A stretch of 64,000 nucleotides of DNA from NCBI GenBank assembly GCA_021613535.1, contig CP075492.1, forward strand, positions 310,001 to 374,000, given 5' to 3'. The notes beneath the pieces were generated by a model, which ran no database searches, was not told the origin of the DNA, and was given only the letters and a program-made list of their open reading frames with translations. The position numbers and the translations under genes were made by a program. Source of the DNA: Adineta vaga. Taxonomy: Eukaryota > Animalia > Rotifera. Below, piece after piece: positions 25,401 through 38,975 of the stretch; positions within the stretch are counted from its first letter, which is position 1, and every line of letters starts with the position of its first letter.

Positions 25401-28400
25401 TCAAATTTAAGTACAATTTCACAAGCTTTATTTGAGGATCGAGAATCAATCATATATTGAATTAAAGTTTGAATAAATATTGGTTGATTAATTAATGTTA
25501 ATGATGGTGCTTGTAAATCAATAAGTTTTAATCTATTTCTCTCATATTCAGTTACTAAACTTCGTACAAGACCAATTAGTGGTGATGTAATTAGATTACA
25601 ATTGAAATTAAGATTTAATTGAGCATTATATGTAATAACATATACAAATGGATAAAAATCAGGTGATATTGTCTGAATTGTTTGAAGAAGTAATGACATA
25701 GTACCACATATTGTTTCCTCTTGTTGCTTAAATGCTAAATTATTCTTATCATTATTATTATTAATATCAAGTAATATTTGTTCCAGTGACCATGCAAATA
25801 TAATATACACCTGTTTATATGTTTTTATTATGACTTCGATTGCAGAACGAATGATTTCTAAAGTTGTATTACACATATCAAAAACTCGAACATTTGAACA
25901 GGGTAAAAATGATTTTAAAGAAAGACCAAAACTCTGATCGTTATCATTAGTAAAAAGAACCCATGCTTGATTTTTTCTTTCATTAAGTGTTTCTAATATC
26001 TCATTTGATTTAGTTTTTTGACATACGATTATTGTACTTTCATATTGACTTGATATTGGTTGAATATTTGACAATCCACCAATTTCTTCTAAAATTGTAA
26101 TCCATTGTTGAATATTATTTATTGAACGAGTATTATCAGTTGTTAATGACCACCATTGATCAAGTAAACCAAAAATCAGATCAAAATAAGCAGGTATCTC
26201 ATTTGTTAATTCAAGTAATACAAATAAACCATTAGGAATTAATAAATGACGAAGATTGATTAAAGATTCTATTAAATCTTCTTCATCACTACCTTGAAAT
26301 TGATTTGCAGCAAATATAATATCAAATGTTTCCACGGGTATTTTTTCAAATGTTTTACTATTAAATACATTAATTGTATGATCATATGTAATAAATATAT
26401 GAGTTGATTGATGATCATCTAAATATTTTTGAAATACTTGTTTGGCTTGTGCAAGTTGTTCAGAATCTGTATTGATATAATGTAAGTCTATCCACAGATG
26501 TGTTTTAGTTGATAGACTATGAAGAAGATCGAAAATAGGTAAAATATCAAATAATCATTATGACTTAACCAAAGTATATGCAAATGATAATTATTAAGTG
26601 AATTTGTTATATTATTATTTTGTTGAAATTGAAGAAGATATTGAAAAATAATATGAAAAATTTGTTGAGTTTTGATTAAACTAAGAATAGTTTTTATTTG
26701 TTGGAATGTGTGTTCAGTTTCTTTATTACCTAAAAATACATCTGTACCGGTTTGTTTTCCATAAAAAATATCTTTTAATTGTGAACCATAATTATTTAAT
26801 GCTATTAACAATGGTTTAAGACGAGGAAACTGTTTATATAATTGTAACAGACGAAGTTGTATCGAATGCTCTGTTATTTGTTTATTATGTACGTACAATG
26901 CAAGAGATTGACATGCATTTAATAAAGGATAATACTGTTGATCAATAACACTAATATCCAAATCTTTTAATACCAATTGTGCATAACAGGCAGCTAATTC
27001 ATTGAATGGTTTTATTGAATCAATTAAATCTTGATGACTAACAGTATTTATATTTGCATTAAGTATTAGCTGATTTGGTGAAGGAAACAGATAAGCTATA
27101 TTCTTTATTAATACTGATTCATCCCATATTCGTTGCATACAATAATCTTTCATTATTATGTCTAAATATTCATCATGATTTTTATTAGGTAAATCAGTTA
27201 TTGAATTTAATTTGTCAAATATAGATTTTTCTAATGTCCATTGACCAGATTGAATACCTTGTACTTGTTGAATAGAAAAACCTTGAAAAATACATACTGA
27301 ATCTTCTATTTTCATGCCATTTGGAGTCACTACTAAATCAGCAGTATATGTTTTTTCAACACTTAAACCATATACATCATCATAATAACTTGCACGCATT
27401 TCTACATTTGTGTATGAAGATAGATTATGATTAGATTTATTTTGAGTAATAAATTTGTCAATACTAATTGGAAGAAATGTTGTTTCATTATCAGGTAATA
27501 AAGCTAAAAGCGGATGAAGACATGCATCTAATAAAGATGGATGAATTAAATAATAAGAAGAAAGATTATTAATTTCATTAGAATTTTTATGATTAATTAT
27601 AGCATTTACTTTAGATGTTGTACCATGTAAAGATTCAATATTTTGAAATAAACTTCCATATTGATAACCTCGTGTTGATAAATGTGTATAAATATTAATT
27701 GGTTCATTTGTAGACCATATATTATGAGTTAGATTAACATGCGATGGAATCTTTATTTTTTGTTGATTGTTATTATCTATTTCAATACGGCCATATGCAT
27801 GTAAAGTAAATTGTTTTAATGAATATTCACTAAGCTTTTCTTGATCAAGAAAAGAATCAATAACATCAGTACCTAACATACCTGATGTACGCATACAATC
27901 TGAACCAGCTCCTGACCATGGTCGACTATAAATATTCCATTCACGCATTGGCATATTAATTTTTGTAAATATTTCTGTTAATTCATGTTCAGTTAGAATA
28001 AGTGCTTTAACAAATTTTACTTGTTCAAAAATGATTGTTGGCTGTTTAGCATTAATTGTTGATGATGAAAGTAATTGATGACAAGCAGCTGTTGCTAATT
28101 CAAGAAAAGCAACAGCAGGAAAAAGAATAGCATCTTGAATTTTATGATCTTTCAGAAAAGCATATTCTGGTAGGTTAATATTAATAAGACTTCTCCATGT
28201 AGGATCCATTTGTCCAGTTAATTGTCTTACACCAAGTAATGGATGAGTAGGTATACGATTAGCTAAACGTTTCATAACTGAATCTTTTGATTCATACCAA
28301 CATAATGTATATCGAATGTATATAGAGGAAATCATCAATAATAATTCATTTTCTTTCGAAGGTAAATATACATCACGAGTATCGAAAATATTGTTTCCAC

Positions 28401-31259
28401 ATATCAGATGCTGTTAATTGTGCTAGACTAGTGAGTAATGTTATTTGTTCATTTTCTTTTCGTTTTAGTGTTGGAAGTATAAGTGGTGACTGGCAATTGA
28501 TTAATTCATAACATTCTCGAATAGATGTTGCTAAAACTGGATGTGGTGAAATTTCAAGGAAAATATTTGCATTATTATCTTGTTGAATACATTTTATAGC
28601 ATCATAAAACCGAACACATCCTCGTACATTTGTCCACCAATAATGAGCATCAACGGGTGTTTGTTCATTTTGTTTCTTACCAAGAACACTTGAATAAAAA
28701 TGAGCTTGTGCACATATTGGATTAAACATTTGTTTTGGATCTTTTAAAGGTAATCCTCGAACGTCTTTCAATGATGAAAGCATTTCTTTTTCTATATCAA
28801 ATCGATCCATTTGATATGAATGAAATGCATTTTCTATACGAAGACGAGCTTTAAAAACATTTGGATACAGTGTTGAAAGAATTTCTTCTAGTTCACCAAT
28901 AGTTTTTTCATCACCACTTAATGTTACCGATCGAGGACTATTAACAACAGCAATACAAACAAGATGTTCAATACCTTTGAGAAGTTTTTCTTGTATTTCT
29001 TCTTCACTCATCGAAACAGCTAACATACGACCGCCTTGTCTTGTATTACGATTTTGAAGACGTGATCGATGATAAACAACACGAACAGCTTCTTGTAAAC
29101 TAAGACGACCAGCAACAAAAGCAGCTGCTTGATCACCAGCACTATGTGATATAATACTTGATGGATAAATATTCCATGAAATAAGTAAAGCTGCAAGAGC
29201 AACCTGAATGGCAAATAAAGCTGGTTGAGCAATATTTGTATCATTAATACGAGATTCTTCTTCAGTTTTTTTTTCAATTAATTCTTCTAATAGTTTCCAT
29301 TCACCATTATTAATTTTATTCATTTCTTTATCAATCAATTCAATCCATCGAGTAAAAACAGATTCACTTTCATATAATTGTCGACCCATTGCCCACCATT
29401 GTGGACCTTGTCCACTAAAAACAAAGCATATTTTTGATAGTGGCGTTTCCGGACGTAATGCTGTTGAAAGACCTGATGATGATTGTTCAGCAAGAAATGC
29501 ATTTATTTGTTCCTGAAGTTGCTTACGATTTGAGAATATAAAAATAACTATATGTATATAACTAATTGTTCGTTTGAGAAGAAGTTGTTTAGAAGTACGT
29601 TGAAGAAAAATATAATCATCATCTATATCTATAAACGGCTTTCTTTCTAACCATCGATTGAATGCAGTCACTTGATCATAAAGAGATTTGCGAGCTTTTG
29701 CTAAAAATATAAATAAATTCTTTCGTAAATTATGAAAATAGAAACAATTACAATTTACTTGAAAAAATAAAAGTAAAATATTGTTTGGTTTCTTTATGAT
29801 ATCCATTGATATGTTGTTCTTCTCCAAATCCGTCAACAATAAGAGAGTTTTTCTTTGGTAGATATTCTTCAATAATAGCATGTGTAGCTGTACCACCCAT
29901 GCCAAATGAATTAACACACATAGCAACGGGTTGATCATTATTATTTGATGGAAATGGTACTTCATGTTGAACAATATGAATATTGTAACGTTGTGCTTCG
30001 ATTTTTGGATTTAATGATGTAAATAGCATATTTGGTGGAATACTTCGATGATGCATGCACATAATAACTTTAAGAAGTGATGCAACACCAGCTGCACCTT
30101 CAGTATGTCCTAAATTACTCTTAAGTGAACCAATTAATAATGGAGGATCAAGCTTCGAACGATTAAAAAACCGGCCTAAACAATTTGCTTCAATAGGATC
30201 ACCAACCGGTGTACCTGTACCATGTGCTTCAATATAAAAAATACGTTGAGGATCAAAATTTGTTCTTCCATATATTTGTGATAGTAATCGTGCTTGACCG
30301 ATACCTGATGGTACTACATAACTATTTTTACCTTCATTTCCATCATGACTGCTGAGTATATCATGAATAATACAATATACATGATCTCCATCGCGTTCAG
30401 CATCGCTTAATCGTTTTAATAAGACAAGACCAAGACCATCACCTAGAAAACATATGAAAGACATATATTAATAAATAAGTGAATATAATTTTTGTCTACT
30501 TTTTGCATAACCATTAGCATCAGCACTAAAAGATCGGCTTCGTCCTTCAGATGATAGGGCACCAATTAATGAACTTTTCAATAACTCTTCTGGTGAAGAT
30601 ACACTGTTGACTCCACCACATACAGCCATGTTGGCTTCATTTGCACGAAGACTTTGTACACCTAAACGTACAGTTTCCAATGATGAAGAACAAGCGACAT
30701 CTAATGACACGTTTGGACCTTGTAGATTAAAATGATAAGCCATTCGAGCTGCAGCATTGTACAATAAACCATTTGGACCATGAAATCTTGATCGGTTTTC
30801 AGGCTCCATGCGAAATGTTGTAGCAGCATGATCTATAGAATACTGTCCGATGTATACCGATGTTTGTGTACCATACATCTTTTCAATACTATAACCAGCA
30901 TCATTAAGTAAATGTATAAATTTGAGCAATAGTAATCGGTGACATGGATCAATGGATCCTGCTTCAGCATCTGATAAATTAAAGAAACTTCCTTCGAACA
31001 TGTCCCATTGGTTATTTGATAAGAAATAACCGCCACGAAGAATTTTCTCCTGAAATTGCCCATTATTATCCATATTGAGCATATGGGCAGCATATGATAA
31101 TAGATCAAGTCGATTACGTGGTATTTCACTACCAACATCCCGACTTTCTACTAATGCCCGCCATAAATCATGTGCTGAATGTATATCACCAGCAAATTCA
31201 CAAGCTGTACCTATAACAGCTATCGGCTCCAGTTGATTCGTAGAAGTAGATGGTGACAT
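22496..31259 (-). CDS. Reducing type I polyketide synthase (FAS-like order KS-AT-DH-pseudoMT-ER-KR-ACP-pseudoTE), with apparent frameshifts
   Basis: KS: DVACSSS, HGTGT, KSNLGHTE. AT: GQGPQW, SHSAG, AFHS. DH: HPLLG, DHKIQDAILFP, DACLH. ER: LIHAATGAAG. KR: ISGGFGGLG, YNAGN. ACP: GMDSL. Introns at 30499-30443, 29758-29701 and 24173-24127. Indels at ~28320-28390, ~26551 and ~24180-24440. Confidence 0.9.
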
Positions 31260-33945
31260 TTTTAAATATTAGATTTTAAATGGTTAATGAGTATAAGAAA
31301 CAGATCTAAAAAGTAATATATATGACCGTCATATCAGAGATTATTCAAACATACTATAAAACTAAAATAATAGAAATTTCTTTTACTGAGGATTTTGATA
31401 AAAAAATATTCTAAGTTTACTTAATAAATGATGATACTATGAAGAGAACAATGAAAAACATTGTAACTATAGCATATAAAAGTACCTGCAATTTTTTCAG
31501 TATTTTCGTTGTAGCATCGTCGTTCATCGAACAAATATAGAATCTATTTTTATCGAAACAATCAATACAGTTAGCTCTACAAAGTCTGATAAATGGAGAT
31601 ATTCTCCAAAAACTCTTTGTTTTTATGATTGACTGTCCACGAAAGTACACTAGCTACAGTCTTAAATTCTCTTTTTAATGGACTTTCATTTGGTATAAAA
31701 ACCAATCATAAGTCTCTATGCATTCAAACTATATTATTTCAGACGAACATTTTCCGAAACCTTATAGAAGCACATCTGCTTGAAAAGGTTAAATTGGGTC
31801 AAGATCTATAGTTAGCATGTAAGAATATCTATACTAGAGCCCGGTGGTTTTTAAAAAGTTAAATGAAACCGTTATAATTTGGTCATGTTATCTTAAATAA
31901 CTCATTTGACTTATTATCAACAATATCTATCTTATCCAAAAGTAAAGAAAATGAAAACATGTATATAATATGAGATATTTCAATATAATTAGACATTAGA
32001 ATAAATAAATTTGAAAACAGATCGATGTCATCATTTTTCTTGTCATTATCACAACATAGAATCAAATCTTCTTCAACTGACCTAAACTTTTTAATTGCTA
32101 TTTTAGTCAGTAACCGTTCTTGGTTAGAATTTGAAGTAGTACAAGATGATTTTTTACTCATATTATACTTGATTTTTGTTACATCGGGGTGTTTAATCCC
32201 TTCAATCACGCATGGCATCTCGTAGGTAGTAAAAAAAGCAACAGATTTTCTTCCTTTTGATATCGCTTCAGAAGACGAATATCATAAAGAACCTGTATTT
32301 GAATGAACAAAAGGACAGTATATATGAACACCCCATCACCTAAAAAAATCTATCTATATTTGAATTTTTTTTCTTTTTTTCTTTTAATGCAAAATTCTAT
32401 ATCTCATATCTCCATCATTTAGCAAACGTATCTATATTCGGAAAAAAATCTCTTTCTTATCTTGATACAAATTTCTATATCTCGATATTGTAACGAAAAC
32501 TAGTGGACTCAATGTGGATAAGAAGTGTATGAGATGGAAGTGATGATGGTGGAGACGAATCGAGGATACACTGAAGATGAGATAACCAACCATGTGGTAG
32601 ATCTTTATTGAAGTGAGATCGAAATCTCCTTTCTGCCAAAAAGGCGAGAGTATATATATTAGTTGAGTGAAGGATACATATAATGGAAGAAGAGTATAAC
32701 CATGAAAGAACAATAAGAAAGAATAGAAGACATGAAGGATAAATAGACTCTACACAAAAGGAAGACAATAAGAATATAAAGGACATATATGGACATGTAT
32801 GAAGATAAAGGATAGTATAACGATAAAAGAAGGACAGAACGAAAGAATATCAAAAGATAAGGACATGTATAAAGGTGAGGGATAGTGTATAAAGGAATAC
32901 ACTCATGAAAGATATAGAAAAGTACAAATATGAAGGTGAGAATAAAAGAGTGGAGCCACTAATGGCACAGATATCTCCATCATCTGGAAAATCTATCGGT
33001 TATATAGCAAAAAGGACAACTTCTAGTTTTCTTTTTTTATTTGTATGAATTTCAATCTCAACTGAATTGCCTAACCAGCTACCACATATACATCCCACAC
33101 GAAACTGAAAACTTTATTGCACAGCACGCTATGGCGTTCGGTTACAGCTCTCGTGTGGTGGTTTTTATATTGCTGAGTAATATACATCACTCACAACAAC
33201 TAAAATCGGAATTTCTTTTGAAATCAAATTTTTATAAAGACGGTACAATAAAATCACAGTTCATCCACAATCTTCTTCTTATTCTGTATCATGATAGTGA
33301 AAATATTTAAAAAAATGTTACTTACCGATAATAGCAATTGCTTATATTGTTATCTTACGAATGAAATGAAAATTATGCTACTGTATGTAACTTATAAACG
33401 TACAAGTTTTTTCTACCTCTCACTGCCTACGCGCTCCTTTTCTCTCTCTCGCATTTCTACATTTGCATGTATTCATACATTACTTTTCCTTTTCCTCCCT
33501 ATAGTTGTTTACTTTTACAGTCATCCTTCCCATTATTTCTCGAAAAATTTATTTCACCCATTAATGGTAAATGATTAGAGCACTTGTCCCTTCCATCGTC
33601 AATGTACTCAACACACAGAATTTATTTCCACCAGTAAATATAATATGCTGTTGCAGACACAATTAGTTTTAACACATAAGGTATTGAACCAAAAGCTTCT
33701 ATTAGATCCAACATTTACTCTAAAAAATAGAACAATCCTATGTAAAATACAGGCACTTCTTTACAGATCTTTATAATTCACTTTACTATTGAATTTATTA
33801 TCATCCATTTCGATTGATTATTTCACCACACAAAAATTAAATAATATCAAGAACAATTCCGAAAATCAATTCTCACTCTAAGAGGCTAAACAATTCGGTG
33901 ATCTCTACATTCTATTAATGTGTGTATTTGTTGACAGTTACTAAG

Positions 33946-34285
33946 TTTTCTAATTATAACCATCGATAGATTACAGTAATACGATTCTTTTACTTCATGA
34001 TAAAATGTAATCTAGGGACATTTATTTGTCGATAATAAAAACAAAACATATCCATTAGAAAAGGTAATTGATAGATCAGTAATCCTTTCGTATGATAGAC
34101 CATCTTGACTCTCCATCGATTCTCTTTCTTTTCTTCTACATATTTTATTCAAATTTTTTCATTTTCTAATTATAACCATCGATCGATTACAGTAATACGA
34201 TTCTTTTACTTCATGATAAAATGTAATCTAGGGACATTCATTTTTCGATAATAAAAACAAAACATATCCATTAGAAAAGGTAATT
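33946..34285. repeat. 124-bp direct repeat (33946-34069 and 34162-34285)
   Basis: TTTTCTAATTATAACCATCGAT...TTAGAAAAGGTAATT occurs twice with about 3 substitutions. Confidence 0.9.
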
Positions 34286-34683
34286 ATACTTCAATAAATG
34301 AGTAATCATTGAATTTAAAAGACCATTTCCAATATCTACACATTCTGTCTTGTTCTGCGTATTTCTTAACCATCGTTTCATGTTTTCGTTAGTAATATTA
34401 ATACCGTAGATAGAGTTACTAACAATCACATAGCATTTTTTTAGATTTTGATCAACTATTTACCATTGGTTTGGGATTTAAATAAATATGCGATCATTAG
34501 ATTTCATTGTCATCGTCTAGAGCTGGAACATTTGCTGAATTTGACTTAAATTCTAAATTACTATACACTCTTGTCAAGTCTATGATTTTATTTTAGTTAC
34601 GTTTTTAAAATATTTTTCATTCTATTTTCTGTTCATATGATATTTTTTGTTTGTTTCAAACTGTTTCATCAAGAAAGTTATTA

Positions 34684-35066
34684 CTAGGTTGGCCAATAAG
34701 TTCTGCAACACTTGCGAAAAAGTTGATTTTTATGCACAATTTATGTTGTTTTTGTGTGTATCGTATTCCGGGTTCATCTTTATTCTCAGTTTTAGGTGAC
34801 ATTCGACAAAATGGAGTTTCATGTGCGTTGGATATAATACACTCTTTTTCCTTTCTCATGGATTTGTCCTATATTCATACTTCACTCAGAATTTTTCGTA
34901 CTTCTCACACTTCTACATTCCCTCCATCATTCATATATTCTATATGGCATTTATCTTCCTCTCAAATGGTCTTTATTTTGAGGAGCAGTTGTTATTTTTT
35001 TTAAATAAATTTCCGCATAAAAATCAAATTTTTCAAAAGTGTTGCAGAACTTATTGGCCAACCTAA
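34684..35066. mobile_element. Tc1/mariner-derived MITE (383 bp)
   Basis: Perfect 29-bp inverted repeat TAGGTTGGCCAATAAGTTCTGCAACACTT (34685-34713 / 35037-35065). Flanking TA at 34682-83 and 35067-68. The terminus resembles mariner TIRs. Confidence 0.85.
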
Positions 35067-37695
35067 TAAATCAATATTCAAATCAAACCAATTTTAAACA
35101 TACATTAATTATAACATCACATTTACTTCTGGGTACCTCTAAGTATATTTTACTTTAATTCCATTACACAACAATTTTGACAATAAAACTTTGTTTTTTT
35201 TTTCAACAGATTTTATTTTAATTCAAATAATTCATTTTCTTTCTTTTTTATTCTATCATTATTTTAACATATTCTTAGTTTTTTTTTTATTAAAATGATT
35301 CTTATAGGTCAATCGATAGTACAAAGTCGATTAGGAGAAAACATACATACTTAATTTGAATCTAATCTCTATACAATGGTTCTAATCAAAATTTCAACTA
35401 GTGTGTCAATATATATATTGTTTTATTCAAACACGCTATGAATATTGATACATCTTATCTTTGTAATATCTTAAGAAAACTGTAGATTATGAAGAAATTT
35501 ATTTTTTCAGTATTTTTCATGGACAAATTAAACTTACTTTTTGTACTTTATTGAAATGAGCTTTTGCATAAGCATTAAAAAGTGTTTTATAAAGACGTAT
35601 TAAAGTTTTTTCTATTTAATTTCAAAGATATAAAAATGATATAAATGAATCAGTAGATCGTATATACATCGACGATCGCAAACGAAAAAGAACGGATAAA
35701 AGAGAAAAAAAAGAAATATAATACTGTTTGTATTCAAAGAGATCGAACATTGACCTTATATGCATGAACGATCATCATGTATGGTATATCCTATAAATGA
35801 TCATATCAAGAGAGAATCTACTTCAATGATTATACTATATTATGTATGACATTTTTCTTATATACATACATTACTCATTCTTATCGTAATAATTCAATGT
35901 AATTGAAGTCACGGATGATCGAACAATACACTATTGTACAAGCAAATATTTTTATTTCATCTCTTTTTTCGTTCGTCGAAATTCGATAATTGTTCGAATA
36001 GAATGTATCACTTGAATAAATAAATCTTTTTTCAATTCAAATACAACATTCGCAAAAATCATCATTGAATGAAGATGGAAATGAAGAAGTAAAATTTTAA
36101 TCAAATCATTTTTTGATATCTCTTCAAATCAATATCGGTCCTAATAAATGCAATTCATTAAGTAATAAAGATTAAAATCGATCAAATATTGTTTTAACTT
36201 GTTCTACTGCAGAAATAAAGTATATTTAAATATTTTATATGAACTGAAATAATTTGACATATATCATTCAAATATCAGCGTTGAACAATATATCCAGTCG
36301 TTCGGATACTGTTCTCATTTGTGAAGAAATTCTTTGTTCCACATAAAATCATGCATACAAAAAGGAAATGAAAAAAAAGAATACGTATATATCTAAAACA
36401 ACTATGAATAGTAACATTTCCAATCAAATATATCTTTATATTAGAACGACTGTTAACATATGTGGAGAAGACTTTGCTACTATCAGGAGCATTATAAATA
36501 TTTGTTCATAACCTTACTAAACTTTAGTTTCATTGCATCTGAGGATGTATTTTTGAAGAATTCATATCAATTACTTCAGAGAAAAGATGAAACTGAAATA
36601 TATACAAAAGAGCATATTTGTAATTATTTTAATCAATCACTGTGAATACAGTATAATGAGCAAATGTAATAATCCTTTTTTGTCTTCAATCACACCCACC
36701 CACACCCTAAGATATCATATTTCTAAAAGATTCGAGGTGCCATTTTTCATCTCGACTCGACTCGCTTCGCCTCGACGAATCTTCGCTTCGTTTCGGGCTC
36801 TGTTTTCTATTAGAATCTATAAGCATATGATCTTGTTAAATAATGTTTGGATCGAATTAATTTTGATTAGATGTGTCTTTTTCGATTTTCCTTTTAGTTT
36901 GCTTGAAGTAATCTTCGTTGATAATTTGGACTTTTTTTCATGAGATACCTAGTTATAATCATAATATAAACGGGCCCCCAACAGTCATACGTGATTTATA
37001 AAATAAATAGATAAAGTTATCCTACACATAAAACATACATTAGGTATATATAGGAATGGATTTAGTATTATGTATTAGATATAGATATACATAGTCCTGT
37101 AGATTTAGGAATAGATAGGAATAGATTTATGAGATATTAAGTTATAGTTATAGTATACATTCACAGCTGAATGAAAAAGGTTAAATATAAAATAAAAGCG
37201 TAAATGTTTGTACTTTTATAGCAAAAAAAGTACAATGGTTTTTATAAATTATAATTGTATAAAAATGGATATGGCTGTTTCATTGATGTAATATAAATAT
37301 GGAAAGGAAAAAGTTTGCAAATAATGAAATGCAGGTGGACGCCTTGTATTATACTTTATGTCTTTGTCGAAGGCTGATTAACCATTCTCATCATAATTGC
37401 AAGCAATTCATTAAAGCGAAGTGATAAATAGATATAGGATTGAGACTTTAAGTGTCTCGATTCTAGAGGAATGTGTGGGTGAAAATAAATACTCGTGAAG
37501 TAGAAGGGTTTCTTTGCTAATATCAAAACGAATTCCAACGCGTCCGCGTTTATTTTTTAACGCCCTTGCTCGTCAGTTACCATCATTCCTTTGCTGGTTT
37601 TATACTAGTCTGAATGAAATATTTTTGTATTTTTCTGAATACCGTTCCTCGTGGGGGATCGGTAGCGTTAAATGAATCTCAACGTAAGTTTTTCA

Positions 37696-37769
37696 GGGTG
37701 TGGGTGTGGGTGTGAATGTCAGATAGATGTATTACCCACACCGACACCCACCCTCACCCACCCACACCC
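37696..37769. repeat. Inverted telomere-like unit (TGTGGG)n-spacer-(CCCACA)n
   Basis: GGGTGTGGGTGTGGGTGTG, a ~21-nt AT-rich spacer, then CCCACACCGACACCCACCCTCACCCACCCACACCC. Confidence 0.75.
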
Positions 37770-38656
37770 AATGCGTCGATCTGCAGATGTAGATGACGAA
37801 TAAAGAATCCCATTTTAAGGATGGTATCGACTTCCAATGTTCGTAGAGCAAAATTAAGCTTTGGATAGAGGAACTGACAGTTATAGGTATACCACCAAAT
37901 AGGTGGATGTAATTGGTATTCTCGTTCGAATCTGGCTATATTGTCCCGTTCGGTTGGATTATCTGAGAATTGTTCACGAGAGTAGTCGCCTAATTTGCTG
38001 ATCATTTGTGGTTCGTCGTCTATTTCTAGAAGAATTTCTTTGAATAGTTGGGTGTACATAAAAGATGGCTCGAGATGGTCATGGTTTTGTTGTTGATTGA
38101 ATGAGTCCAGTGTAGTACTTTCTGCAACGAAACTCATCGGGGTGGCATCTTGGTTGCATCGCTGTGCTGCTTGTTGTAAGGCCATGTACATTGGCGTGAT
38201 TTCGTTGTATATGCCCTTGATTTTGTACCAATCCTGCGTCCATTGTTCTTGTTGTTCTTTGTCACTACAAAAGACAAAAATGGCATCCAATTGAGTGATG
38301 GTATCATGGATCTTTGGCACGACAGTTTGACCGATTGAACCTGAGATAATCAGGAAGATCTTAACCTCCTTGATTGCATGAAGATATTCGATGCATGGAT
38401 TGATTTCGGTAAAAGTATCTATGGTGTTGACAACTCCTCGAAGTTGCGTTAATGAGTCGTGAAAATCTTCGTTAGTTTGATCGATGTTAGCATCTAACCA
38501 AACCAGTACAAAATTTTGCACAAAATGCATACGTCTCAGTCTTCCATCAGTTCTGATTGTAGTGGTAGTGTATAGTGCCTCGTTGGATGAGAAGGGTGCT
38601 ACCGTGTTTTTGTTTGTAGGTACAGAGTCACTGGCTGTCATTGAGTTTCGATCCAT
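37770..38656 (-). pseudogene. Truncated ART-TPR family gene (N-terminal part only)
   Basis: Aligns by eye with the N-terminus of ORF 56818-59970 (LVWLD, SFMYTQLFKEIL, PIWWYT, LNFALRT, KMGFFI). It breaks into the telomere-like tract before the YRGQ catalytic motif. Confidence 0.8.
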
Positions 38657-38975
38657 AGTGCGCGTACTCGTAGAACTGAAATGTTCAAATTAAGAATAGT
38701 TGTTAAACTGCAGACAAACTCGGTCGTTTGATTGATGTGAGACTACCATGGACACTAATCAAAAAGCGCATGCAGACAACCGATCGCAGAAATTCTGTAT
38801 TTTGCCAACCCTAATCCAAAACTCAAAACATTCCCGATAACAGAAAAAAACCATTTCGACTACTCTTAGGACTATAAACAACCTATTAAATCTGTACAAC
38901 ATTTCTCTCAGCAAACTTTCCTTATACCGAAAGGTCCAAAACCGACTGTCTTACGGTGATATCAATCTGGATACC

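Noticed and set aside
1-31259. Bacterial or fungal contaminant contig
   Set aside because: The NRPS and PKS have the same short-intron style and AT content as the neighbouring animal-type genes and transposons.
31417-37540. Short ORFs and possible F-box/LRR or hAT remnants
   Set aside because: Low complexity or stop-riddled, with no motif strong enough to call.
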